The notes under the pieces were generated by a model. The model did no database searches, was not told the origin of the DNA, and was given only the letters and a program-made list of their open reading frames with translations. 64,000 bases of DNA from a virus (lineage: Duplodnaviria; Caudoviricetes). The DNA is taken from positions 12,504-76,503 of the IMG/VR virus record IMGVR_UViG_3300009092_000002, one strand, 5' to 3'. Positions 26,451 through 36,513 of the stretch are shown one piece after another; position 1 is the first letter of the stretch; each line of letters starts with the position of its first letter. A program made the position numbers and the translations under genes.

Positions 26451-28670
26451 TTACTGAATTGTTGGTTGGATTGCGATCGATTCTGGATTGATCGGCTCCG
26501 GAGGTAGCGGTTCGGACTGCGCGTCTTTCTTTGGAGGCGCGGAGCCTTTCTCTTCTTCCGGTGGAGGCATCATTGCCATTGCCGCCGCTTGAGCCATCTG
26601 CCGCGCCTGCCGCGCGCGCGCCTTGACGTTCTCGTACCCGGCGGGGGCCTTTAGTTTTACCTTGTCGCCCTCATCGGAATTCATCCAGCGCTGGGCAACG
26701 TTGAGGAAGAACGCCGGATCTTCCTCGATATCGTCGATTGGAATCGAAGGCAGCATCACCGGCTGGCCGGTCATCATGTCAATGTCTTGAACCGGCTCTT
26801 CCCTTGCGCATCGGCCGATGATTCTGACCGCTTTCTTGTAGGCGTCTTCCATCGGAGATTTGAATCCGGCGAGCTGTAACAAGTGGAGGAGTTCGCTAAT
26901 GTTGATGATGTCGGTCAGCGCCAGAGACTGCATAACCTCCGGGGGAAATTCCTTCAGGAGCCCAAGTAGACGGTCGGCCCGCTCGGTAAACGAGAGCGCG
27001 ATCCCCTCGTCAGCCTCACAATGCCAGAGCCCTTCAGTCAGTTCCGACTGATCGACGGTATCGGAGGAGACTCCGAATCCAGTGTCCTGCTGAACCTTGA
27101 TTTCGCCGGAACCGTACTTTGCTCGTAGGCGCGTGCCATTTTCGTAAACTTTTTCCCAGAATCGATTGTGGGCGTTTGAGCAAGGCGCAAGCGTCATCAT
27201 CGCCTGGTCCTTGCGCTGCTTGGCTTCGCGATAGGTACTGGTAGGCTGGCCGCCACCCGCTAGTTCCGGTCGAATGCCGGTCACATCCTGCATGGTCAGG
27301 CGCGACAGATTCAGGAACGGAACAAGTTGGTCGCTGAACCGCGCCATCGGGAGTGCTGCGATACCTTTCGAGATGTCGCCATTGTGATTGCCGATGGTGA
27401 ACAGGATTTCGTTCGGCGTTGGATCGTTCTCGCCAGCCGCTCGCCGGCTTAGGATGGCTTGATCGACGATGGTCTTCGGAATCGCGCGGAGAATGGTTTC
27501 TACCGCGAGACCCCACATGTCGTTCGTGGCCTTCTGGAACGGAATCGCATCATGGATAATGGGATTCTCCATGATGTATTCGCCGCGGCCGACTTTGCAG
27601 ACAGCCCATCCGTCGTTCTTGTTCTCGTCCTCCAGGTTGACCCAAATGTCGTTCACCTTGGTTGCATGGAGACCGTTAGGGAAGTGTTCCTGGAGCAACT
27701 TGCGCTTACCCTCGTCCTCGACTCCCTCGAAAACTTCATAGTCGAGAAACGTCTGGTCGAACAGCCAATGGCTTTTCTTGTGCGCGTTGCCCGATCCGCT
27801 TGGAAGCGCCGTCGCCTCCTGCGCCTCGACCCCTGCGTTCGTGTTCGCATCGGCGCGACCGCCGCGACCGTCATCGTGACGATGTTCTTTGAGGCGGTTC
27901 CGATAAAGCCCGAGTAACGTGTACTTGTCTTCGAGATACCGATAGCGTAGCCACTTGCAGTCCTCCATTCTTTTCTTGCCGAAGGGAACTTCAACCTGAA
28001 GAATATTGCAGTGGCTCAGTTCGACGTCGCCGTTCTCGTAAGATTCCTCGCCGACCTGCTCGGGGATCATGGCGATCAATCCGTCCGGTTGCATCTGCGG
28101 AACGAGTTCCATTTTGGGAACCTTCGTGACTCCGTACTTGCGACCATTAGTAACGTATCGGGTGTAGCCGAAGCTGGGTCCAGTCACGTACTGGTGAAAA
28201 GATAGGTCAGGCTGAATCTCGTCAGCCTGCCACTTGGCGCGAAGGTCGATCACGCTGATGTCGGCTTTCTTCGAGGCGTCGATGGAGTCCTGGCTATCAA
28301 GGTCGTCCGCCTCGCACTTAACGTTTGGGGCGCTCTGTCCGGTCACGGCGACGAACTTCCAGCAATCTCCGGCAACGAGGTTTACTGGATAGCAGAACTT
28401 TTGCTTCGCTCCGTTTTCCTCGGTCGAGCCATCGACGGAAATATAGTCGGCATACGCTTCAGCCCCGTCATCGACCCACGCCGGCGCAAGGAAGTGATCC
28501 CCTTTTACGAACCGCCAGTTGCGCTTTGCCCGGTTGACGGCAATCCGGCGCTCGGAGGCGTACTCGTCGTTGATGACGCTTGAGACGAGCGTGTCGAGGT
28601 CTGCTCCAAGGTAGGCGATCAACTCGCCTACGGTGTCGCGCCCTTCTTCTTTTGCTGAGGATGGAGACAC
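26451..28670 (-). CDS. Portal protein
   Basis: 739 aa between TerL and scaffold; helical; Pro-rich C-tail as in P22-like portals. Confidence 0.8.
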   Translation of the reverse strand: MSPSSAKEEGRDTVGELIAYLGADLDTLVSSVINDEYASERRIAVNRAKRNWRFVKGDHFLAPAWVDDGAEAYADYISVDGSTEENGAKQKFCYPVNLVAGDCWKFVAVTGQSAPNVKCEADDLDSQDSIDASKKADISVIDLRAKWQADEIQPDLSFHQYVTGPSFGYTRYVTNGRKYGVTKVPKMELVPQMQPDGLIAMIPEQVGEESYENGDVELSHCNILQVEVPFGKKRMEDCKWLRYRYLEDKYTLLGLYRNRLKEHRHDDGRGGRADANTNAGVEAQEATALPSGSGNAHKKSHWLFDQTFLDYEVFEGVEDEGKRKLLQEHFPNGLHATKVNDIWVNLEDENKNDGWAVCKVGRGEYIMENPIIHDAIPFQKATNDMWGLAVETILRAIPKTIVDQAILSRRAAGENDPTPNEILFTIGNHNGDISKGIAALPMARFSDQLVPFLNLSRLTMQDVTGIRPELAGGGQPTSTYREAKQRKDQAMMTLAPCSNAHNRFWEKVYENGTRLRAKYGSGEIKVQQDTGFGVSSDTVDQSELTEGLWHCEADEGIALSFTERADRLLGLLKEFPPEVMQSLALTDIINISELLHLLQLAGFKSPMEDAYKKAVRIIGRCAREEPVQDIDMMTGQPVMLPSIPIDDIEEDPAFFLNVAQRWMNSDEGDKVKLKAPAGYENVKARARQARQMAQAAAMAMMPPPEEEKGSAPPKKDAQSEPLPPEPINPESIAIQPTIQ

Positions 28671-28680
28671 TAATTATCCA

Positions 28681-28920
28681 TTAGGTTAAACTGAAAGAGG
28701 TGCCAAGCGAAGATCCACAGACGCCATACGAGAAGATGATTGAGCGCATAAACATGGACTGCAGCATGTATGCCTGCTGGAAGCCGATCCGTGGATTTGT
28801 CGCAGTTGATGCTCCGGGCTGTGGCCGTGGGGATGATGGCGAACTCGGACTCTGCGAGGAGCACGCAATCACTCGTGGGATTCCCGTTAGATGGTTGGAA
28901 TCTTGATGTCCAAGTACCAC
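28681..28920 (-). CDS. Small hypothetical protein
   Basis: GTG overlaps upstream TAG; C-terminal hydrophobic segment. Confidence 0.35.
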   Translation of the reverse strand: MVLGHQDSNHLTGIPRVIACSSQSPSSPSSPRPQPGASTATNPRIGFQQAYMLQSMFMRSIIFSYGVCGSSLGTSFSLT

Positions 28921-29294
28921 TAAGAAGCTTCTTTAAGTCCGAACCGGATCAGCGTTTCTTCGCGGAATCTGTCGTGCTGCGCGATTACCAGTTGGCTACC
29001 CTGCGAGCGCTCGCCGCGCTGGGGAGTATCGTCTGGTTCGTGGACCATACGAGGGGGCAGGTGTGGCGAGTCAGGGAAAGGCGCTGGACGACCAAAGCCC
29101 TGCCACTCCACATTTTTATCCATCTCGAAATAGGTGGTCAGCTTTTGGAGTAGATGCCGGTTATCTTCGCGGAGGCGCTCGCGGTCCTGGTCGGCGCGCT
29201 CCAGGCGGTCCTGCAGAATGGCCTGCTCGCGCTCGCCGCGTTCAAGTTGTGCGAGCAGCGAATGGTTGAAAAAGCGGAGAAGCCGAAGGATCAC
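28920..29294 (-). CDS. Coiled-coil hypothetical protein
   Basis: GTG start 29294 overlaps upstream TGA. Confidence 0.55.
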   Translation of the reverse strand: MILRLLRFFNHSLLAQLERGEREQAILQDRLERADQDRERLREDNRHLLQKLTTYFEMDKNVEWQGFGRPAPFPDSPHLPPRMVHEPDDTPQRGERSQGSQLVIAQHDRFREETLIRFGLKEAS

Positions 29295-29653
29295 GCCGGA
29301 TATTCCTCTTCCTGCCCGCCTTCGGCGACTTCCTCGGTCGGGCCTTCCCGTTCGCCACCGACAGCAAAAGCCTGGCAACCTCCATCTGGAACCACGGGCG
29401 TGGTCGGGTCCAGATCGCACGCCGCGTTGCCGTCGAAGTGCGAACAACCCTGGCATTGCATCTCCGGGCCGCGGTAGCCGAGCATTTGCAGGGTAACTCC
29501 GTTGCCAGCGGGCATCTCTGGTTCCGGCTCCGGCGGTGGCGCTTCAACTGGTGGTTTGGCTTGGCGCGGAGGCGCGGGTCGTCCTTCAATCGGGCCAACC
29601 GGGCCAGGTCCCATCATCGGAGGCTTCTTTTTCTGAAATGGTGATGCGGTCAT
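29291..29653 (-). CDS. Pro-rich protein with CxxC
   Basis: ORF directly after TerL; CQGCSHF...C...C. Confidence 0.6.
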   Translation of the reverse strand: MTASPFQKKKPPMMGPGPVGPIEGRPAPPRQAKPPVEAPPPEPEPEMPAGNGVTLQMLGYRGPEMQCQGCSHFDGNAACDLDPTTPVVPDGGCQAFAVGGEREGPTEEVAEGGQEEEYPA

Positions 29654-29654
29654 A

Positions 29655-31595
29655 TCAATTCATCCTGTGGCGGCTACTTCCGGCGCGAGCGAACGTCATC
29701 CCGCCTTCGCTGTTTCCGTACTCTCGGTCGTACCTCGCTGACTGAGTGGCGTAGATCATCCGAAGCGCGTTAGGATCGTCCGTCTGCTGTCGATATTCCG
29801 CCATCTGCTCGTCAACCCAGTAAGCCTTCGGCATCTCAACCTGAATATCCCGCGCGGCCATGAATCCGTAGCGCACGCCGTCGTAAGTATCGTCGCCATC
29901 CTGCCCGTCATCGGCGTCCACTTTTAACACGTCCTCTTGCTTCGGTGGCTTGGCGTGCTGCAGCATCGGCATACAGCGGATTACGCGCGGGCAGCCGGGT
30001 CCGCCTTCGTGTTGGCGCTGGTGAAACTGCACACGGGGCAGAATTTCCGTTTTTTGCTTCTTGAAACGCCCTAGGTAGTCGGTGTACGCGAGCATTCCCT
30101 TCTCTTCGTACAGCCGCTTGGCGTATTCAAGGTCGGGAACCGCCGCCACTTCCCCCGGCCGCCAACGCAGCAAGTCCCGGATGAACGCCGCCCCCGCTTT
30201 CCGGTCGTGATTCGCCCGCTTCAGAGTGATGCAAGCGCTCCCCGTCTCGTCGGCGCGCCGCTGAGCGAACATGTACTCAGCCGCACTAGGATTTTCCTTC
30301 GCAAGCGCCCGCTCTTCTTCCGTTTTCTTCATCAAAAACGAGGAACCGGGCCCGAGAATCGACAGAATTCCGGCCTGAACCTGCTGCGCGAGGGAATTCC
30401 GCGCGTCGCGGTCGTCGAAGGCGTCCGGCGACATGTGAATTGTGATCTGCTTGTCAGGCAAAAGATCCAGATCCGGCGCCCACCACCGCGCCAAGCGCTG
30501 CCCTAGTTCGTAAGACCCGACGCCCTGCACGTCGAGCTCGTCATAGACGTGAATCCGGCCATCCTGCTGGCTCAGGCAGAATTTATAGAACGAAGCATGG
30601 TGCTTGTAGCCCCAGTCCCCACCTCCCCAGCGAAACCACCATGGCTTGAGTGGTATTGGACGAATGACATGATTCGCCCAAACAGGCTCCCCATCCCGCG
30701 CGCCACCCGCCGAGAGTTGATTGCGCCACTCGCGGAAGAACGTCCCCGCCATCGAGTGCCAGAGACCATGAATCCAGGCGTCCTGTGTCTGCTTGTCCTG
30801 TGACAGCAGCATGCCCATGTAGTTCGGATCGTTCTTCGAGTAGGGATTGTCGGCAACCTTGGCCGGCATGAAGATGCGAGACAGTCCCGTGATCGGGTCT
30901 TTCATCCGCTGACCCCACGGATTCATCCCACCGCCAATAATCGGCACCTCCACAAAGCGATTACACACCCACGCCGAGCCGTCGCCGTCCGGGTTGGTTG
31001 TCGAGAAAATCTGGGGCCGCGCCTTCCCGCCAGAATTGAAGGCGCGCAAGCTGGCAAGCAACTTGAGATAGCCACCAAGCTTGGGGATCAGCGTCAATTC
31101 TTCGATGAGAATCTTCCAAATGTTCCAGCCCTTATACTTCTCGAACGCATCGTCGCTCTCCAGATGGTTCGTATAGATGCGGGCTTTCGATTTGAACTCG
31201 ATAATGGTCGGGTTGCCGGAGCATTTCGCGCCAAGTGGCCCGAATATCCGCTTTGCCTCTTCAACCCATTCCTTCAGATCCGCCGCGTTGCGTCTCAGGA
31301 CGAGTGCTGTGTAGTTCGGATCGTTAATATAGGTCGAGTACAGGGGCTCGCTCGGATCGAGGTCGAAATTACCCAGCAGTAGCCAGATAATCCCGGCGAT
31401 CGTCTTGCCGCCGCCGCGTGCCCCGCCATACAGCACCTCCGTCTCGTTCCGCCAGAGCACCTCGTTCTGGGGCCCCTCGTTCGCCTGGAACAGCACCCTG
31501 CCGTCCGGGTACTGGAGTTTCAGCAGCGGGCGCGGCGGACGCGCCCGCAAAGCTGGGCCTGGGTTCGGGATGTCGGTTTCGGCGGGGGCCGTCAT
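29655..31595 (-). CDS. terL: Terminase large subunit
   Basis: Walker A YGGARGGGKT, Walker B ILIEEL, TTNP coupling motif, RNase H-like nuclease (GGGDWG...DDTYDGVRY). Confidence 0.92.
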   Translation of the reverse strand: MTAPAETDIPNPGPALRARPPRPLLKLQYPDGRVLFQANEGPQNEVLWRNETEVLYGGARGGGKTIAGIIWLLLGNFDLDPSEPLYSTYINDPNYTALVLRRNAADLKEWVEEAKRIFGPLGAKCSGNPTIIEFKSKARIYTNHLESDDAFEKYKGWNIWKILIEELTLIPKLGGYLKLLASLRAFNSGGKARPQIFSTTNPDGDGSAWVCNRFVEVPIIGGGMNPWGQRMKDPITGLSRIFMPAKVADNPYSKNDPNYMGMLLSQDKQTQDAWIHGLWHSMAGTFFREWRNQLSAGGARDGEPVWANHVIRPIPLKPWWFRWGGGDWGYKHHASFYKFCLSQQDGRIHVYDELDVQGVGSYELGQRLARWWAPDLDLLPDKQITIHMSPDAFDDRDARNSLAQQVQAGILSILGPGSSFLMKKTEEERALAKENPSAAEYMFAQRRADETGSACITLKRANHDRKAGAAFIRDLLRWRPGEVAAVPDLEYAKRLYEEKGMLAYTDYLGRFKKQKTEILPRVQFHQRQHEGGPGCPRVIRCMPMLQHAKPPKQEDVLKVDADDGQDGDDTYDGVRYGFMAARDIQVEMPKAYWVDEQMAEYRQQTDDPNALRMIYATQSARYDREYGNSEGGMTFARAGSSRHRMN

Positions 31596-32132
31596 CTACG
31601 GCTTTGGCTTGGGATGAGTCGCTACGGCCGGATGCGCCGGGACTGGCGCAGGGACTACATTGGTGAATCCATCCGCCCTGGCGTCAGACTCTTCAACGGC
31701 ATTGTGCACGAGCCGGTCGGGACGACTGCTCTTCGGATCGGAAAGTAACTTCGGATATCCAGGAACCGATGCGCCGATGACTGGCTTTGATTCCGCAGCC
31801 TTTACCTTGAACGTCTCGGGCTTTTTCGGGTCCGTGGATAATATCGGGTCCGGAGTCGTCTGTGTACTGGCCGGAGCGTCGATCCTATCCAGCATCTCGC
31901 GCGTCTTGATCTCCGCCAATGTCTCGTGTGGGCGAGCCGTCAGTTCAACCTTCTGCTCGTCGGTCAGATTCTCGTAACGAAGCTCGGAACCAACCCCGAG
32001 CCCCAGTTCCGCATCGATCAGCGCATAAGCTTCTTCCGCTTTTCGCTTCCTGTCGATCAGGCTTCCCGTTACCCTTGCTTCCTCGGAAAGCTGATAGATG
32101 ATGTACCGCAACCGCAGAAATTTCTCTTTCAT
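31596..32132 (-). CDS. Hypothetical protein
   Basis: ORF abutting TerL. Confidence 0.55.
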   Translation of the reverse strand: MKEKFLRLRYIIYQLSEEARVTGSLIDRKRKAEEAYALIDAELGLGVGSELRYENLTDEQKVELTARPHETLAEIKTREMLDRIDAPASTQTTPDPILSTDPKKPETFKVKAAESKPVIGASVPGYPKLLSDPKSSRPDRLVHNAVEESDARADGFTNVVPAPVPAHPAVATHPKPKP

Positions 32133-32425
32133 CGCTTTTTCGCCTCTCTAGTCGTCTGAACCAACTTGTAATCGCGCCCCCGCAACATCTGCGTCAGCGC
32201 CGCAGGATCGTACCCAAAATTTTCAGCGCCGCAGGGGCATTTGTTCTCCGGCGTCTCGACGTACGGCTCCGTTGAAGTCTTCTTGCCGCACGCCTGACAG
32301 ATGATGTCGATGGTCATGCCGATAACTGTTCCCCGTGAAACCTTATAACCGCCGCCGCAGAGTTCAACCAACACTCCCGGAACGGCAACTCCGGCCGCAC
32401 GATTAACTTCGGTCGCGCCGGGCAC
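32129..32425 (-). CDS. Small Zn-ribbon protein (start uncertain)
   Basis: CQAC...CPCG. Confidence 0.45.
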   Translation of the reverse strand: MPGATEVNRAAGVAVPGVLVELCGGGYKVSRGTVIGMTIDIICQACGKKTSTEPYVETPENKCPCGAENFGYDPAALTQMLRGRDYKLVQTTREAKKR

Positions 32426-32598
32426 AGGTAGCGAACACGATGCTTCGTCCCATGCGCCTCGTAACCGCGATCCAGGTAGCCCTGAACGTCGGCAATACCA
32501 AGTGTCGCGACCTTAGCCCCCGCTACGTCGCGTAAATAAATGCTTTTGCGCGTGCGTCCAAGCGCAACGGTGATTACAGAGTGATCGAGTGCGGCCAT
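32314..32598 (-). CDS. Hypothetical protein
   Basis: ORF track; overlaps next gene. Confidence 0.35.
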   Translation of the reverse strand: MAALDHSVITVALGRTRKSIYLRDVAGAKVATLGIADVQGYLDRGYEAHGTKHRVRYLCPARPKLIVRPELPFRECWLNSAAAVIRFHGEQLSA

Positions 32599-32789
32599 AG
32601 TGGCGTAGTTGTGGCGGAAAGTAAAGCGTGGGCTTATGGTTTACGCCTCAAGCTCGGCGATTTTGTACACCAAACCCTCGATTGCCGTCGAGAACCTGTG
32701 TATCTTGCTCACAGCGTACAGGTAAACCTAAGTTTTGTCAAACATTTCTGGCGATCTACGGTTTGGGGGAGTATAATTGGGGCGAGAAT

Positions 32790-33398
32790 ATGAGCATCAC
32801 TCGGAGAGGCTGGCTTAAGAGTTTGGCGGTAGCGCCAGTAATTGGCACCGCAATAGCTTCGCTTCTGGAATCTAGGGCGGATGAAAAATGGCGACCGCGC
32901 GATACGAGCCCGCTGCATCCAGACAGCCTCTTCCGCCGACAGCATCTCGCTATCGCGTCAGAATGGCCACTGGTTCTCATCACCGGCGCCCGCGGCACTG
33001 GTAAGTCGTGGGTTCTGCAGCGTATTGCGGAGAAGGAGCAGCGCCGTTTTCGCCAGGTCGGAGTGGCGAGCGGATTACTTCACATGGAACCGTGGTCTTG
33101 CGAACTAGATCCGACCGGCCCCCTGCTAAGCGCCATCAACCCTGGCCCTGATTTGCGCATTGGCTTCCCAAGTCCTGAAGTTTTGCTGGTGGACAATGCC
33201 GAGAACTTTCCCGAGAATGAATTCGGGGATCTCATGTATGCAACCCGCCGCGCGTGTCGCAGCTGGTCTGACATTCCTCGCCGGATTGTTGTTGCATCCG
33301 CGCCCTGCGTTCGCACCCGCGAGATTCTGATTGAATCAGGCATATTCGAAGTCCACCATCTCGGCTCAATGTGGGACAACCCGTACCTGCGCACATGA
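32790..33398 (+). CDS. P-loop NTPase (terminase-ATPase-like) with twin-arginine-like N-terminus
   Basis: MSITRRGWLK leader; LITGARGTGKS Walker A; LLVDNAE Walker B-like. Confidence 0.6.
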   Translation: MSITRRGWLKSLAVAPVIGTAIASLLESRADEKWRPRDTSPLHPDSLFRRQHLAIASEWPLVLITGARGTGKSWVLQRIAEKEQRRFRQVGVASGLLHMEPWSCELDPTGPLLSAINPGPDLRIGFPSPEVLLVDNAENFPENEFGDLMYATRRACRSWSDIPRRIVVASAPCVRTREILIESGIFEVHHLGSMWDNPYLRT

Positions 33399-33829
33399 GT
33401 CTCCTCCACCGCCTCTTCGGCTCCACGTCCGACGCTACTGTGCTCTGCGGGCGCTGTGAGCGCGCCCTCGACGGGCACGACGCCAAGGCCTGCGAACGCC
33501 GCATGTCCCGGCGCTTCTTCTTTGGGGTGTGCGCAGGGGCGGGGGTTGCGGCGGCCACGATACCGGAGGCCGTCAAATACATCGAGTTTGCGAACGGTGG
33601 GAAGATCGCCGTTGGAACGACAAACCCCTTCAAAGACCAATTTGAGCAGGCGTATCGGGAACTATCAGCGGAGATGAATATCCATTTTTGGAAGCACCAC
33701 GCCAACGTCGCGCATTGGCAGGGACGTATTCCAATCCGCATCGACCCCGCCATGCCGCCGACTGAGATCGCTATCGAACAACGTGGCGTCGAGGTGTCGC
33801 GCATCGTGAACCTGGAGCGACGGGGATGA
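33395..33829 (+). CDS. Hypothetical protein: CxxC...H..C knuckle plus internal twin-arginine-like motif
   Basis: ATGA overlap; CGRC...HDAKAC; MSRRFFFG + hydrophobic stretch. Confidence 0.55.
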   Translation: MSLLHRLFGSTSDATVLCGRCERALDGHDAKACERRMSRRFFFGVCAGAGVAAATIPEAVKYIEFANGGKIAVGTTNPFKDQFEQAYRELSAEMNIHFWKHHANVAHWQGRIPIRIDPAMPPTEIAIEQRGVEVSRIVNLERRG

Positions 33830-34032
33830 CCCTCTACATCTCCAAGATCGACTACGAGGCCAAGACGGTCACGCTGGATACGAAGCCACCACAAAATCAG
33901 CACGTCAATCTACAACCACCGAATTATCAGCTAGACGATTTCTTACTAGGAGGCTCCACCCTTCGCCGCGGCGTCGCGCTTTGCGTAGATTGCCCGGATG
34001 GGCCGGCGTATTGCCCGTGGCCGAGGGAGTAG
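33826..34032 (+). CDS. Small Cys-containing protein
   Basis: ATGA overlap. Confidence 0.45.
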   Translation: MTLYISKIDYEAKTVTLDTKPPQNQHVNLQPPNYQLDDFLLGGSTLRRGVALCVDCPDGPAYCPWPRE

Positions 34033-34035
34033 ATT

Positions 34036-34368
34036 ATGAAACTCGATAATAAGACTCGCGACCGAATCCTGGAAATCGTCGCCGTTACAGCTCTTGCCGA
34101 TGAGGAAATGATGCTCGGCATCCCGCAGACGGCCGATAGCGTCCGGGGTCTACGGGGGCGCGCGATTCGACGCTACCACGGTCCAATGCTTCCATCCGAG
34201 GCGTTCGGTATTGGCCAAGTTTTTGCCGACTACCGTTTCACCGCGCGAGTGAAGCGCACCGCTTACATGATATTTGAAGCGATCGAATGCAATGAAGATG
34301 CTGATGCTCAACTACAGGCTTGGCGGGAATTATTTGAAACCGCGCTCGGTTACGTAGGTCCACGATGA
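34036..34368 (+). CDS. Hypothetical protein
   Basis: GGAG RBS; operon context. Confidence 0.55.
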   Translation: MKLDNKTRDRILEIVAVTALADEEMMLGIPQTADSVRGLRGRAIRRYHGPMLPSEAFGIGQVFADYRFTARVKRTAYMIFEAIECNEDADAQLQAWRELFETALGYVGPR

Positions 34369-34766
34369 CCAAATCCGACGCCCAGATCGCGGCTGAGTTC
34401 GACGCCATCGAGGTGTCTCGCATAATCTCACGACTCAAGCTCTGCGGATGCGGCCAACCAGAGATCCCGTTGCGCGTCATCCGCGAAGCGCTTGAGGTTT
34501 TGTGGACCCCACAAGTTAATGAGCCAGGTTTTCACGAAGCACATGAGGGCCGATGGTCCCGTATCGAAACATGGATGGGACCGGAACCTCAAAGTAATCT
34601 GGCCTGGTTCGTTTTTTACGTGCTCGACACCTGGAAATTGACCGATCACGGCGGAAGCTTGCCAGGGTGGCTCACTGACGACGGTCGCAAGTTGCTGAAG
34701 TTCCTGCAAGACACCGACTGCAGCCGTGAGAAATGGGACGATGCGCCGGGGTTTGACCCAGAATAA
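34365..34766 (+). CDS. Hypothetical protein
   Basis: ATGA overlap; TDHGGSLPGWLTDDG motif common in phage proteins. Confidence 0.6.
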   Translation: MTKSDAQIAAEFDAIEVSRIISRLKLCGCGQPEIPLRVIREALEVLWTPQVNEPGFHEAHEGRWSRIETWMGPEPQSNLAWFVFYVLDTWKLTDHGGSLPGWLTDDGRKLLKFLQDTDCSREKWDDAPGFDPE

Positions 34767-34812
34767 TCCACCCCACCGACCACCCGCCGGATGGGACCCT
34801 AGGCTACATCCC

Positions 34813-34843
34813 TACCGAATAATCATTTTTCGGTACCGAATAA
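34813..34843. promoter_or_regulatory. Candidate resolvase binding/res site
   Basis: TACCGAA-9 nt-TTCGGTA inverted repeat overlapping perfect palindrome TTCGGTACCGAA; TACCGAATAA direct repeat; immediately 3' of the resolvase. Confidence 0.35.
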
Positions 34844-34849
34844 ATACCC

Positions 34850-35455
34850 CTACCTCGTCACCTTGTGCACAAACCCTCGCGACACCTTAAACTCCGCCGC
34901 CACCTCCGATATCGAAGCCCCCTCTAAGCGCCGCTCCCGCATCTTCCCACGGTCCACGATTTTTTTTGGGCGTCCGCCAATCCTGCCCTCGCGTCGAGCC
35001 TTCGCCAACCCTGCAAGTGTGCGCTCCGAGATTCGCTGGCGCTCCTGTCGTGCAATCCAGGCCGCGATTGCAATCATCAGCTCCCCGGCTGGCCCCGTCG
35101 TTCGGAAATGCTCCTCCGTGAAACTGACAAACTCCACGCCACTCTCCCGTAGCCGCTTGATATGCAGAAATGTCTCCGGCACGCCCTCGCGCGTCAGCCG
35201 ATCAAGCGCCCAAGCTACCACCAGATCGAACTCCCGACGCGATGCCCCCGCGAACATCTCCCGGAATTCATCACGCTTCGCATTCTTGCCGGTCGCGTGA
35301 TCGACATACTCGCGGACAATCGTCCAGCCTTGCCTCTGACAGAACTCGCGGAGTTGTACGAGTTGATTTTCGGTGTCCTGTCCTTTATCTTTTGTGCTGA
35401 CCCTTGCATATAGGGCTACTCGCATTTGCTTTCCCTCCAAAGATTGGGAATTCAT
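34850..35455 (-). CDS. Small serine recombinase (resolvase/invertase family) with C-terminal HTH
   Basis: ALYARVST catalytic motif, NQL..LR, DRLTR, ERT.AGL..AR..G..GGRP. Confidence 0.92.
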   Translation of the reverse strand: MNSQSLEGKQMRVALYARVSTKDKGQDTENQLVQLREFCQRQGWTIVREYVDHATGKNAKRDEFREMFAGASRREFDLVVAWALDRLTREGVPETFLHIKRLRESGVEFVSFTEEHFRTTGPAGELMIAIAAWIARQERQRISERTLAGLAKARREGRIGGRPKKIVDRGKMRERRLEGASISEVAAEFKVSRGFVHKVTR

Positions 35456-35817
35456 ATTGGGGCTTTAGCCTTTAGGGCCGCGCGAGGGTTCCCTTGACGT
35501 TTTGGGTAGCCGGGTACCCCTCCCATCCGCCTACCGCGCGCCGGCCAAATCACCACCCAAATAGTATCACAAAACGGTCGTACTGTGAACGCTAAATAAA
35601 CACACCTAACCAGTAGACCTGTCAATAAATACATCCCCTATGGCGACCTACCCTTTAGTGAACGCACCATATTTCGCACGAGCGATTCCGGCTGATCGCA
35701 AGTGTAGGTAAAATATGGCGATTCCGCAAAATCAGCACTTTTCAATAGAAATTTTGACAATAGGAAGCCCTAGGACGGGCTGCTGGGGGTCAGGTGATAC
35801 TAGGATATGGCGGAAAA

Positions 35818-36513
35818 CTAGCTTGTTATCGCCTTCACATCGATCGTGTTGCCGTCCTCGATCTGGCCTGGTTCGCTCTGGTTCGAACCAGGTTCGGCAA
35901 TCTGGACTGACTGCGCCATGATGATCACGAAGGGGCGTGCCGTCTCGGGGGTTGCGTCCTTGGATAGCTCACCAGTGGCGTTGCCGAGTAGCTCAGTAAC
36001 CGCCTTTGCTGCGTTGATAGCGGGTGCCATTGCGCCAACGTCGCGGAATTCTCGATACTCTTCGCCGTTGACCATCACGGGAACTTTAATCGGATCGCCG
36101 GCGGAGTCGAACATTGGCCGGCCGTCGGCGTCGAGCACGGCTATCTCGGCAGGATTGCCGTTGATGATGAGTGGTTGCTTGACGGTGACCTTCTGCATCT
36201 TGATGGCCCCGTGAGCGTCTTGAACGTACTGACGACTCTCGGCCATAAGAAATTGAAGACTCTCGCTAAACTGCGATGCGGCCTTATCTTTGAGTTTCGC
36301 GGCAGCCTTGGTAATATGCCGCGATAGGTGATTTGTCTTGTGACGCTGGACGGCAGAATCGTTTAAATTGAATTGCTTCGCTATGCTTCGTGCACTAGAC
36401 GAGGCAGAAGCGAGGCATGCGTCGATAGCCAATCTTTGAGGGTGAGAACAGACAGTACAAGTAATCTCGCGGATAATTTTCTGTCTATCTGCTTTCTTTT
36501 CCTGTACTTGCAC
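35818..36513 (-). CDS. Probable terminase small subunit (Zn-HTH type)
   Basis: CTVCSHP...IDACL...SARSIAKQFNLNDSAVQRHKTNH N-terminal HTH; upstream of TerL on same strand. Confidence 0.6.
   Translation of the reverse strand: MQVQEKKADRQKIIREITCTVCSHPQRLAIDACLASASSSARSIAKQFNLNDSAVQRHKTNHLSRHITKAAAKLKDKAASQFSESLQFLMAESRQYVQDAHGAIKMQKVTVKQPLIINGNPAEIAVLDADGRPMFDSAGDPIKVPVMVNGEEYREFRDVGAMAPAINAAKAVTELLGNATGELSKDATPETARPFVIIMAQSVQIAEPGSNQSEPGQIEDGNTIDVKAITS

Noticed and set aside
32730-32780. sigma70 promoter for the inverted cassette (TTGTCA ... TATAAT)
   Set aside because: Spacing is about 31 nt; only the -10 box is convincing
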